Below the pieces are notes generated by a model. It did not search any database. It saw only the letters and a list, made by a program, of their open reading frames with translations, and had not been told where the DNA came from. A stretch of DNA of 38,075 nucleotides, taken from an uncultured Bdellovibrionales bacterium (GTDB lineage Bacteria > Bdellovibrionota > Bdellovibrionia > Bdellovibrionales > UBA1609). Positions 27,058-35,551 of this stretch are shown here, piece after piece; the first letter of the stretch is position 1; each line of letters starts with the position of its first letter. A program made the translations under genes and the position numbers. The stretch lies in contig CALGNA010000066.1 of the NCBI GenBank assembly GCA_937958795.1, positions 1 through 38,075 of the forward strand, given 5' to 3'.

Positions 27058-27963
27058 ATGAAACCTAACCTATTCCTAATAATCTCTTTCATATTCGCTA
27101 GTTTTATTCCTTTCGAGGCCCAATCTAAAAAAAAGCCAAAAATAGAATCCTTTAGTCAATTTGATGCCAAAACACTCGATCAGGATCTCTTAACTCTGGA
27201 TAAATACCATGCACTTGAATGTAGAAAACCAGTTGAACTGGAAGACTCCTGTCTTGATTATCACCCTGGGATCTTTACAGATAGAGTAACAGATCTAACA
27301 TCTTCCATACTATCCAATACTGATTTAAGCTTTATTAATCCACTTGCACAAAACCCAGTTAGATCTCTTATTAATCTCGTCACAAAAAGAATGTCTCGAG
27401 ATGCTGGAATTACTTTTTTTAACCCTCCTGCAAAACTTACTGAAGTAAAGTATTGTGAAACTAAAAACACCTTAAAAGATTTATTAGCCTGGACCATAGA
27501 AAATGACCTTTCAGCAATTGAAGAAATTTTAAATACGAATATGATTCCCATGGTTGGAATTGAGGCCCGCATTATAAGAGCCCAAGAACAAGCAGATCAG
27601 TGTTTAAATCTAAGAGATCGCTCTACGTGCACAAATACAGACCTATTAAATTTAGTAAGCTCTTTAAATATACCAGAGAATTTAGGTTTATTTGATGGCT
27701 TAAAATACGGGGCCCAATTATCCACTATTAAAAACTACCTTATGCAATCCTATGATGGATGTAGCGCATGTTTTTCTTTACAGGATATTTTTATTAATTT
27801 TTCCAATTTAGCACAAACTCTTAATGACCCTGATCTATCGCTCGATATGCTTTTAAAACCTCTCTCTGCTTTTGTTACAGATTGGATCTATGAAACAGAA
27901 AATAGAAATATGAATCGTTTGGAATATGATACAACTCAATATAAGTGTAATTTAAATGAATAA
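27058..27963 (+). CDS. Hypothetical secreted Cys-containing protein
   Basis: 301-aa ORF with a signal peptide (LFLIISFIFASFIPFEA). Nine Cys are spread over the mature part. I recognise no family. Confidence 0.55.
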   Translation: MKPNLFLIISFIFASFIPFEAQSKKKPKIESFSQFDAKTLDQDLLTLDKYHALECRKPVELEDSCLDYHPGIFTDRVTDLTSSILSNTDLSFINPLAQNPVRSLINLVTKRMSRDAGITFFNPPAKLTEVKYCETKNTLKDLLAWTIENDLSAIEEILNTNMIPMVGIEARIIRAQEQADQCLNLRDRSTCTNTDLLNLVSSLNIPENLGLFDGLKYGAQLSTIKNYLMQSYDGCSACFSLQDIFINFSNLAQTLNDPDLSLDMLLKPLSAFVTDWIYETENRNMNRLEYDTTQYKCNLNE

Positions 27964-28017
27964 AAACCAATTCTCTTTTTAAAATTTATTGTAAAATTGT
28001 CTTAATTCATATTCATT

Positions 28018-28761
28018 ATGAACCTTAAATGCTTAGCTAAGGCCTCAAAGATGATTTTTCATACTATTTTTCATTTTATTTTGCTTATCTCATTAATAAG
28101 CTGTACCAGCATTCAAAAAAAATCTATTTCTACCTCAGAATCCAATTTGTCTGCCACTGATCCATCACCTAAAATTTTTCAAAAAAAGATACTTTCAAAA
28201 AATTCAAAAACTAGAACCTCATTTTTAGATTTGATCTATAAAATTCAACCTGATCATAAACAAAAAGGATATACCATATTTAAAGAGAGTCTTAATGAAG
28301 GTTATGCCTATGGCACCGGGCCATACGATGGCCTTTTTATTGAGTTCTTTCTCTTTATAGGGAATCATTCAGATTTTATTATAAAACAATCTTCAGGCTA
28401 TGAACCTAAACCCGAATTAAAAAAATATGGGTACAAATTTGAAGCCTATAAAATTCTGAATCATTCTATTTTTATAAAAGACATCGACTCAGTTTTTCCA
28501 ACTCTTGCAATAAATACTTTATTTACAAAACAAATCTCTAAACTCAAATTATTCCCTAAGTACGTCCATGACTGGGAGTTTTATAAGCTTATAAAACTCC
28601 CCAAAAAAGGAACTCATTCTAGATTATTGGTTTGCAAAAACAAGCCAGACGAACCCTTTTCAGTAACTTCTGAGTGTCTACAAATTGGAGAGCTTGTCTG
28701 GACTCGAAAAAGTTTTACTGTTCAGCCTACAGGCTTTAAAGTAAGTTTAGAAACACTTTAA
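28018..28761 (+). CDS. Hypothetical lipoprotein
   Basis: 247-aa ORF with a lipobox (LLISLISC). I recognise no family. Confidence 0.55.
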   Translation: MNLKCLAKASKMIFHTIFHFILLISLISCTSIQKKSISTSESNLSATDPSPKIFQKKILSKNSKTRTSFLDLIYKIQPDHKQKGYTIFKESLNEGYAYGTGPYDGLFIEFFLFIGNHSDFIIKQSSGYEPKPELKKYGYKFEAYKILNHSIFIKDIDSVFPTLAINTLFTKQISKLKLFPKYVHDWEFYKLIKLPKKGTHSRLLVCKNKPDEPFSVTSECLQIGELVWTRKSFTVQPTGFKVSLETL

Positions 28762-28794
28762 AGAGCTTCATCAAAACCTTGCTCTTGGAAAAAA

Positions 28795-29016
28795 ATGAAC
28801 ATGAAAGATCCCCTTGAAGGAAAAACCTTAGAATCCATTTTACTCGAACTTGTAGAACACCTAGGCTGGGAAAAACTTGGTAGTATCATCAAAGTCCGTT
28901 GCTTTAATAATGACCCAAGTATTAAATCTAGTCTTAAATTTTTAAGAAAAACTCCATGGGCTAGAGCCAAAGTAGAAGAACTCTATCTTTATGAAATACT
29001 AGAAATTTTTGATTAA
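28795..29016 (+). CDS. VF530/DUF2132-family small protein
   Basis: The sequence [59 protein letters not shown] matches the conserved DUF2132 pattern as I remember it. Confidence 0.75.
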   Translation: MNMKDPLEGKTLESILLELVEHLGWEKLGSIIKVRCFNNDPSIKSSLKFLRKTPWARAKVEELYLYEILEIFD

Positions 29017-29036
29017 CTTTTATAAAAATGGCGCGC

Positions 29037-29113
29037 CCTGAAGGAGTCGAACCTCCGACCTCTTGATTCGTAGTCAAGTACTCTATCCAGCTGAGCTAAG
29101 GGCGCACTCTAAA
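29037..29113 (-). tRNA. tRNA-Arg (anticodon ACG), CCA encoded
   Basis: In the reverse complement, the acceptor is GCGCCCT/AGGGCGC, the anticodon arm is CTTGA-CTACGAA-TCAAG and the T-loop is GGTTCGACTCC. Confidence 0.9.
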
Positions 29114-29240
29114 GAGTCTAAATTAGAGTTGAGTTATGATCTTTTTTAACTAAATTGGCAAGTATAAGAAAATCACTTAAGCTCATGTTTTCTATATCTC
29201 GTAACTTAGTTGCTTAATGGTTTCTCGCCTAGGAGTTCTC

Positions 29241-29828
29241 ATGACTAACATTTGGCTAAATAATTTTAAAGAAGCTCAAGATACCCTTGATCGTTTTACT
29301 TCAAATCCTGAGTTACTTAAAAAATGTTCACTTTTTTCAGACCTTCTTATTAAGACCTTTAAATCTGGCGGCAACCTTTTTACTTGCGGCAATGGAGGTA
29401 GTCATTGTGACGCTATGCATTTTGCTGAGGAACTAACTGGCAGATACCGCAAATCTCGTCGCCCCCTAGGGGCCCTAGCACTTGGTGATCCAAGCCATAC
29501 AACTTGTACATCAAATGATTACGGCTTTGATTTTGTATTTTCTAGGCAACTAGAAGGCCTTGCAAGAAAGGGCGACCTCTTAGTTGGCCTATCCACCAGC
29601 GGCAACAGTCAAAATGTCATCAATGCCTTTAAATCAGCAAAAGCATTAGGAGTACCAACAGTAGCTCTTCTAGGCAAAACAGGTGGCACTTTAAAAGATT
29701 TAGCAGATATTGATATTATAGTTCCTGCCGAAACCTCAGACCGTGTACAAGAAATGCATATTAAAATTATACATAACTCCATTGAAGTTTTAGAGAGAGA
29801 GATTTTTCCTGAAAACTACTCAGTATGA
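29241..29828 (+). CDS. gmhA: Phosphoheptose isomerase (SIS domain)
   Basis: The motifs GNGGSHCDAMHFAEELTGRY and STSGNS are present. The ATG at 29241, with AGGAG 5 nt upstream, is preferred to the track start at 29217. Confidence 0.8.
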   Translation: MTNIWLNNFKEAQDTLDRFTSNPELLKKCSLFSDLLIKTFKSGGNLFTCGNGGSHCDAMHFAEELTGRYRKSRRPLGALALGDPSHTTCTSNDYGFDFVFSRQLEGLARKGDLLVGLSTSGNSQNVINAFKSAKALGVPTVALLGKTGGTLKDLADIDIIVPAETSDRVQEMHIKIIHNSIEVLEREIFPENYSV

Positions 29829-29832
29829 AATT

Positions 29833-29850
29833 GCCTTTTAGATAAAAGGC
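29833..29850 (+). terminator. Hairpin after gmhA (GCCTTTT-AGAT-AAAAGGC)
   Basis: A perfect 7-bp stem lies 5 nt after the stop. It is AT-rich and has no long T-run, so function is uncertain. Confidence 0.3.
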
Positions 29851-29905
29851 TGGCATTTATGTGATCTGAATATCAGCTAAAGACGTTGTCTTTTTTCTTC
29901 CTTGT

Positions 29906-29997
29906 GGAGGAGTGGGTGAGTGGCTGAAACCAGCAGATTGCTAATCTGTCGTACGGGTCATACCGTACCGGGGGTTCGAATCCCCCCTCCTCCGCCA
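29906..29997 (+). tRNA. tRNA-Ser (anticodon GCT), long variable arm, CCA encoded
   Basis: The acceptor is GGAGGAG/CTCCTCC. The anticodon loop is TTGCTAA. The variable arm CGTACGGGTCATACCGTACCG is long, and the T-arm is GGGGG-TTCGAAT-CCCCC. Confidence 0.9.
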
Positions 29998-30077
29998 TTT
30001 AAAGTTATTTCTTTAAATCTATTCATAAAATAAGTCCCAAATAGTACTGATATGCTTCATGGTGCTTGATGCATAGA

Positions 30078-30505
30078 CTACAGACTTTTTTTGCTTAGGA
30101 TCAAAAAATCAATAAAGTTTTTCCTCCCGACATACTCCCTGGATGACAATATGTAATGTTTCCTCCCTTTTCTCTTATACGAAGAGCAAGGGAGAGGTTG
30201 TTCATTTTTATCATAAGAAATTTTTAGGGACTTTTTAAATACCTCTTTTAATTCATGAGGAATACTTTCAGGTTCTACAAAAAACTTGCTAAAGGATGTT
30301 AAATCAAAAGTATTTGCTTTTATAGCACCACTTGAATTAAAAACAGACGCATCTAAAACATTTATTTTTAATACACATCACCATTAAGTTTTTTTACAAA
30401 ATCTCTTAACACTATTCTGATAGTTTCACCTTCAACAATATTCATGATGCTCATATAAGAACTTGCAAAATTATGGAGCATGGAAGGGATATTTTTATAT
30501 TTCAT
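30078..30505 (-). pseudogene. Possible frame-disrupted gene relic (unknown product)
   Basis: My own translation of the - strand starts at the ATG at 30505. It gives 45 codons (MKYKNIPSMLHNFASSYMSIMNIVEGETIRIVLRDFVKKLNGDVY) and then TAA at 30370-30368. A second frame is open from 30377 to the TAG at 30080-30078. It spans 99 codons (CVLKINVLDASVFNSSGAIKANTFDL...FIDFLILSKKSL) and has no ATG or GTG start (one late in-frame TTG only). Confidence 0.3.
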
Positions 30506-30556
30506 CTGTTTTACTAAAATTGATTCCTATCAAAATCTCAAAGATCTGATTCGGTC

Positions 30557-32545
30557 CTAAGAAGATTTTTCTTCTAATTCTTTTTTAAGTTGATCTATTT
30601 TAACTAGCTTTGGGTTGTATTCTGACAATACTGATATAGCTCCTGCTTCGACCATGCTTAAATATGACTTCCACTGTTCCGTATTTTTATTTTTAACTAA
30701 AAAACTTTGAAGACCTACTGGAACACCTGTTAACAAAAATCCTCTAGCATACTGCAGATTTTCTGTATCACTTGGATCAATTAACATTCCTTCAGGAGTA
30801 AAGTAGAAAATCTTTACTCCCTTAGTTTTCAGTATATTCTTAACTTCATGCAGTTCCCATTTTTTAGTTTTTGGAAGCCACCCAAAGACCATTCCTGTGC
30901 CAACACTATCACTGATTTTAAATTTAGTTCTTAAATCTTCTAACTTATGAGATGGGAAAACAGGAATTGTTTGTCTTTTAATATTTCTCTGAACAAAGAA
31001 CCTTGAAATTTCAAAGCCTTTCATTTCTGTTTCAGCTTCAATAAGCTCCCAACCTTTGCCAGAATTTAAACTAAAGTTCTGAGAACTCTCAAACAAAGGA
31101 CTCCCCTCTTTTCTTACTGAAGCTACGAGTGAGCCTTTGTTTTGTGAAAAGGGATTATAAACAAGTAGCTCTAAACCTGTTTTTTGTTTAATTGCTTGAA
31201 TATTTACAACAGATACCTGACTAGTACGAACTACAACCATTTGCCTTAGCCACTGCTTCATTTTAGTTGCAGAATCAATCCAGCTAACCTCTAACCAATG
31301 CGGCCCTTCTTCAGCACCAACAACTGAGAACATACCATTTTCCCCAGTCTCAACCTCACTAGTAGCAGGCAAAGGAACCATTCCACCTTTAAAGTATATT
31401 GTATCTGAGGCTCTATTAGATGAAATAACTTGAACTTTTGCACCCTTTATTGGCAACCCATCTAAGCCAACGACTGAACCCCAAATAAGGCTTGTGACTT
31501 CTTTAATTCCAGAAAAAGACTGATACATAGACTGTGGTATGCCAACTAATGACAAACTTTCTCCGGCTGTCACAGATGTTGCTACCGTAGGAACATAGTC
31601 TTCTCTATCTGGAACATAGGTTGAAATCATTTGAGATCCTGCAGCCATCAAATCATCAGGATCCTGAAATCTACCTTTATTATTTACATACACTGAACCA
31701 TCTATACCTTCTATATAGAGCTCACCTTCTAAGTCTTTATGTTTTTTTGAGTCTGAATAATAAGACGTAACTTTACCCGATATTGTTTGTGTTGGCTTGA
31801 TTCCAATAACTAAATTTTTAAAATCTGCTTGTGGTTCAATGACGGTGATTCCTTCACTTAGAACTCTTCCCGATTCATGAACTAACCTTGCTACTAACTG
31901 CGCTGCATTTGTTGGCACTTCGATGCTAAAGCTTCCATCTTCAAGGTTTACTTTTCTTGGCTCAGAACTATGCCCTAAAGCATCTGTTCCAAAAACAACC
32001 AACTCATAACCTTCACCCAAATGTGCGGATCCATCTTCAAAACGTACAGAACCCTTTAAAGCTATCCTTTCTTTAATGGGGCCCTCTTTTTGAACAAGAA
32101 AGGGATCAACTAGGGATGGAGTATTTGGGGTTACCTCTATAATACTAGGGTCTTCTTCAGAGTTATTATAAGCTGTTCTCTTGAGCGAATTTTTTATTTT
32201 GGTATTTGACGCTACTTGATGAGGGAATCTACTTTTTTGGCTAAAGCCTAATTTAAAATTCATTGGTGTTAATGAAATTTCTTTAAATTCAGGCTCTCCA
32301 GCACTCAGTGTTACAGCAGAAGCTACTTTTAAATTTTCATTCTTTAAATTATTTTTTTCTAAAAGACTTAAAGCCACATCAGTTAAGTAAGATTCTTCTA
32401 AAGCCAGAAAAGCCGGAGACTGTCTATTCACTTTTATAACAAGTTGCTTAACTCCAAAATGAGTTCGTATATCTTGAAGTTTTTGACTGGGCACAATACC
32501 TATCAAAAAACTTAAAATTAAAAAATGGAGTCGACTCCAAATCAA
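30557..32545 (-). CDS. Large secreted protein with carboxypeptidase-regulatory-like / Ig-like beta domains
   Basis: 662 aa with a signal peptide (LHFLILSFLIGIVPS). Repeated beta-sandwich-like segments occur, e.g. IWGSVVGLDGLPIKGAKVQVIS...ETGENGMFSV (CarboxypepD_reg-type pattern) and LKGSVRFEDGS...YELVVFG. Confidence 0.6.
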   Translation of the reverse strand: MIWSRLHFLILSFLIGIVPSQKLQDIRTHFGVKQLVIKVNRQSPAFLALEESYLTDVALSLLEKNNLKNENLKVASAVTLSAGEPEFKEISLTPMNFKLGFSQKSRFPHQVASNTKIKNSLKRTAYNNSEEDPSIIEVTPNTPSLVDPFLVQKEGPIKERIALKGSVRFEDGSAHLGEGYELVVFGTDALGHSSEPRKVNLEDGSFSIEVPTNAAQLVARLVHESGRVLSEGITVIEPQADFKNLVIGIKPTQTISGKVTSYYSDSKKHKDLEGELYIEGIDGSVYVNNKGRFQDPDDLMAAGSQMISTYVPDREDYVPTVATSVTAGESLSLVGIPQSMYQSFSGIKEVTSLIWGSVVGLDGLPIKGAKVQVISSNRASDTIYFKGGMVPLPATSEVETGENGMFSVVGAEEGPHWLEVSWIDSATKMKQWLRQMVVVRTSQVSVVNIQAIKQKTGLELLVYNPFSQNKGSLVASVRKEGSPLFESSQNFSLNSGKGWELIEAETEMKGFEISRFFVQRNIKRQTIPVFPSHKLEDLRTKFKISDSVGTGMVFGWLPKTKKWELHEVKNILKTKGVKIFYFTPEGMLIDPSDTENLQYARGFLLTGVPVGLQSFLVKNKNTEQWKSYLSMVEAGAISVLSEYNPKLVKIDQLKKELEEKSS

Positions 32546-32591
32546 GATGATGCCTCACAGAAGTTAAATAGAATATCCAAATATAGAATAC

Positions 32592-33071
32592 CTAGAAAGG
32601 CCTGTAATCGTCAATAATATTAGGCGGAGCCTGTCTGTTGGTCAGGTAGGCATTTAGCCTAGCCAAAAATATTTTGGCTACCTCATCATCAGAAGCGATT
32701 TTAGTATATCCTTTACTTAGAGAAACTTCATTTTTTGCCTGCGAAACAGGCACATTAACTTCAATATTATATGGCCTAGAATGCCCACGAATTATGACCT
32801 CAAGTTGAGCTCTTGCAATAGCATCTTTAGCTTCAACCAAAGTTGTTCCCTCTCTAATAAATGGAACTGACCTGAGTACCCTTCCGTCTTGACTTACATA
32901 CTCAAACGGAACAGGCAAAGACCTTCTACAGCCTTGTCTGATTTCATTAATTGAATAATCAAGATTGTCTAATCTACCAGCACTTATACTTGTACAAGAG
33001 CTGAGAATAATCAGTAAACTTAAAGAAATAAGGCATTTAGACATTTTGACTAAGCAAGAATAACCCATCAT
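32592..33071 (-). CDS. Hypothetical lipoprotein
   Basis: It has a lipobox LIILSSC. The likely true start is the Met at 33044 (MSKCLISLSLL...). I recognise no family. Confidence 0.55.
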   Translation of the reverse strand: MMGYSCLVKMSKCLISLSLLIILSSCTSISAGRLDNLDYSINEIRQGCRRSLPVPFEYVSQDGRVLRSVPFIREGTTLVEAKDAIARAQLEVIIRGHSRPYNIEVNVPVSQAKNEVSLSKGYTKIASDDEVAKIFLARLNAYLTNRQAPPNIIDDYRPF

Positions 33072-33094
33072 TGACCCCTCCTCCTACTCCAAAG

Positions 33095-33742
33095 TTAAGT
33101 ATGAATAGACTTTTGAGCATCTTTCATAAACTGGTCTAGCCCAGACTGAGTAAGTGGATGACGACTCAGCTTTGCCAATACCCCATAAGGAACAGTCACA
33201 ACATCGGCTCCTATAAGAGCTGCCTCTAAAATATGCTGAGGATGCCTGACACTTGCTACAAGGATCTCAGTATCAAAGCCGTAATTATCATAAATGGTTC
33301 TGATCTCTTCTATTAAAACCATTCCCGTTGAGCCTATATCATCTAGACGACCAACAAAGGGAGATACAAAACTTGCTCCAGCCTTAGCTGCTAACAGGGC
33401 TTGAAGAGCAGAAAAAACCAATGTCACATTCGTCTTAATCCCTTTTGATGCAAGCTCTCTCACTGCAATCATACCCTCATCACCCATTGGGATTTTAACT
33501 ACAACCTGTTGCCCTAACTTTGCTAGTTCCAATCCTTCACTGATCATTCCTTCAGCCTCTAGACTTAAGACCTCAGCTGATACTGGACCTTCTACAACTT
33601 CGCAAATTTCTTTAATAAGCTCCTCATGAGTCTTTCCAGCCTTTGCAACTAAAGATGGATTCGTGGTTACCCCGTCAACCCAACCTCTTTTTTGAGCTTC
33701 TTTAATCTCTTCTGTAATTCCGGTATCAATAAAAAACTTCAT
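33095..33742 (-). CDS. tal: Transaldolase (short type 3B) / fructose-6-phosphate aldolase family
   Basis: 215 aa. The sequence [14 protein letters not shown]...[11 protein letters not shown] is present, with the Schiff-base lysine context VVKIP. Confidence 0.9.
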   Translation of the reverse strand: MKFFIDTGITEEIKEAQKRGWVDGVTTNPSLVAKAGKTHEELIKEICEVVEGPVSAEVLSLEAEGMISEGLELAKLGQQVVVKIPMGDEGMIAVRELASKGIKTNVTLVFSALQALLAAKAGASFVSPFVGRLDDIGSTGMVLIEEIRTIYDNYGFDTEILVASVRHPQHILEAALIGADVVTVPYGVLAKLSRHPLTQSGLDQFMKDAQKSIHT

Positions 33743-33774
33743 TCTCTCGCCTCTTTATATAGAATTTAATAGCC

Positions 33775-34452
33775 TTACTTGTGACTTACTTCTTGAAAAT
33801 AGTCTTCCATTTCATAAAATCTAGACTCTTTATTTACAATCCATTTACTGATGTTCAATGCACCTTGTGCAAAAAGATCTCGACTTAAAGCCTCATGCTT
33901 TATTGTTATCTGCTCAAATCCATTAAAAAATCCAAGCTCATGAACCCCTATAACTTCTCCTACTCTTTGACTACTAATTTGCACATCTAAAGATGAATTT
34001 GATTTTAAGACAGACTCTTTTAAGGTTAAAGCCGTACCACTAGGTGCATCTATTTTTCTTTTGTGATGAATATCAACTAAACTCACATCAACGTCAGGCC
34101 AAGTCGCAAGCAACTCTAAAGACTTCCTCATATAATAGATACCTAAACTCATATTAGAGGCCCAAAATAACGGACCTACTTTAAGGCTTTTCAATAAGCC
34201 AAGTTGTGCGTCATCATAGCCCGTGACACCCGAAACCCAAGGAGTTTTATTTTTTTGAATCCATGGCACAAGAGCTTCCAAACTCGCAGGTAAGCTAAAA
34301 TCTATAACGACATCAGGTATAATATCTCTAGAAAAAGATCCTTTCTTACGGTCCCAGGCGACGACCTCTTGAGAAAATGCCTTATCTTTTTTAGCTAAAT
34401 TTAGAACGGTCTGGCCCATATGCCCTGAGTAACCTACAAGACCCAAAATCAT
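33775..34452 (-). CDS. dapB: 4-hydroxy-tetrahydrodipicolinate reductase (short form)
   Basis: The N-terminus has GYSGHMGQ (NAD(P)-binding G..G.MG) and the signature HHKRKIDAPSGTA. It overlaps the dapA stop (ATGA-type 4-nt overlap). Confidence 0.85.
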   Translation of the reverse strand: MILGLVGYSGHMGQTVLNLAKKDKAFSQEVVAWDRKKGSFSRDIIPDVVIDFSLPASLEALVPWIQKNKTPWVSGVTGYDDAQLGLLKSLKVGPLFWASNMSLGIYYMRKSLELLATWPDVDVSLVDIHHKRKIDAPSGTALTLKESVLKSNSSLDVQISSQRVGEVIGVHELGFFNGFEQITIKHEALSRDLFAQGALNISKWIVNKESRFYEMEDYFQEVSHK

Positions 34453-35315
34453 GGCAAAACTCCCAACTGGTTCAAAATTGTTTCTAGTTTTGCTTTTGCC
34501 TCTTCTGACATTGATACCATCGGAAGCCTTAACTCATCGGACCTAATCAGTCCCATCATCTTAAGTGCAGCCTTAATTCCTATTGGGTTAGACTCTGCAT
34601 AAAGCGCTTTCCAAAAAAAACCCTGGTCTTCAATGGACACATTTATGCTTTCATTTTTTGCTGCTTTAACAAACCAGCCTGGCACAATATGAGTTGCAAC
34701 AGATATGACAGAAGGCTCTACTTTGCTAAAAAACTCAAAAGCCGTACCATCATCACCTGTCCAAAACTTAAAATTCTCAGTACTTTTCTTCCAGGAAGCC
34801 CCTTGAGAAACATCGCCGCTCGCTTCTTTTATACCTACAATATTAGAATTTTTGCTTAAACGAACAACTGTAGCCTGTGACAACGAAGTTCCTGTTCGCG
34901 AGGGTACATTATAAAGTATAACTGGTTTTTCAGACACTTGAGCGCAAAGCTCAAAATGCTCAACAAGCCCTTGCTGCGGGGGTCTATTATAAGGAGGCAC
35001 GACAACCATATGAGCATCTATAGATGCCCAGGCATTCACTTCTTTTAATTGATTTAAAGTCTTTTGAGTTGAAGAACTTCCTGTGCCCAAAACCAACCCA
35101 GCCTTACCTTTAATTTTTTCAGATAAAACTTTATAAAGCTCTCGTAGTTCAGATGCTTCAAGATTTGGACTTTCTCCAGTTGTACCGTTAAGGACAAACC
35201 CTTCGACTCCGTTGTCTAACTGAAACTCAACAAGCTTGTGAAAACTTTCCCAACAAATATCCCCTTTATGAAAAGGAGTTACTAAGGCTGTTATAATAGA
35301 TGGAAGTTGAGACAT
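34449..35315 (-). CDS. dapA: 4-hydroxy-tetrahydrodipicolinate synthase
   Basis: The motifs ITALVTPF, NGTTGESP, YNVPSRTG and the catalytic Lys context VGIKEASG are present. Confidence 0.92.
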   Translation of the reverse strand: MSQLPSIITALVTPFHKGDICWESFHKLVEFQLDNGVEGFVLNGTTGESPNLEASELRELYKVLSEKIKGKAGLVLGTGSSSTQKTLNQLKEVNAWASIDAHMVVVPPYNRPPQQGLVEHFELCAQVSEKPVILYNVPSRTGTSLSQATVVRLSKNSNIVGIKEASGDVSQGASWKKSTENFKFWTGDDGTAFEFFSKVEPSVISVATHIVPGWFVKAAKNESINVSIEDQGFFWKALYAESNPIGIKAALKMMGLIRSDELRLPMVSMSEEAKAKLETILNQLGVLP

Positions 35316-35472
35316 CTTCTAATTCTCCTTTTTTACTTTCATTCATGGGAGCTGGATCTTTAATAGGTGGCAGTGGCGCACTTTTAATTCCACAGGAGGA
35401 CATGAGAATGCAGCTTGCTGAATACCATACAATTTGCTTCCAAAATGAAAGAGTAAAACAAAAAACCTTCAT
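35266..35472 (-). CDS. Small lipoprotein, LptM(YifL)-like
   Basis: The lipobox is followed by the LptM-type string LMSSC-GIKSAPLPP. The gene lies directly upstream of dap genes, as yifL-type genes often do. Its 3' end overlaps dapA by 50 nt in another frame. Confidence 0.45.
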   Translation of the reverse strand: MKVFCFTLSFWKQIVWYSASCILMSSCGIKSAPLPPIKDPAPMNESKKGELEDVSTSIYYNSLSNSFS

Positions 35473-35521
35473 TTAAATGAATTAGGCTTTTTTTTTTCTT
35501 CAGGCAAGTTGATTCAGATTT

Positions 35522-35549
35522 GTAAGCACATACCAAATTATGTGCTTAC
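35522..35549 (-). terminator. Perfect 10-bp stem-loop immediately 3' of ftsK
   Basis: GTAAGCACAT-N8-ATGTGCTTAC starts 2 nt after the ftsK stop. No U-tract follows on the - strand. It may be a terminator-like or mRNA-stabilising hairpin. Confidence 0.35.
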
Positions 35550-35551
35550 TC

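Noticed and set aside
29998-30130. An att-like duplication of the tRNA-Ser 3' end (TCCTCCGCCA versus TCCTCCCGACA at ~30122), which would mark an integrated element.
   Set aside because: Only about 6-7 matching bases are present, and no integrase or second boundary was found. This is insufficient to call a mobile element.
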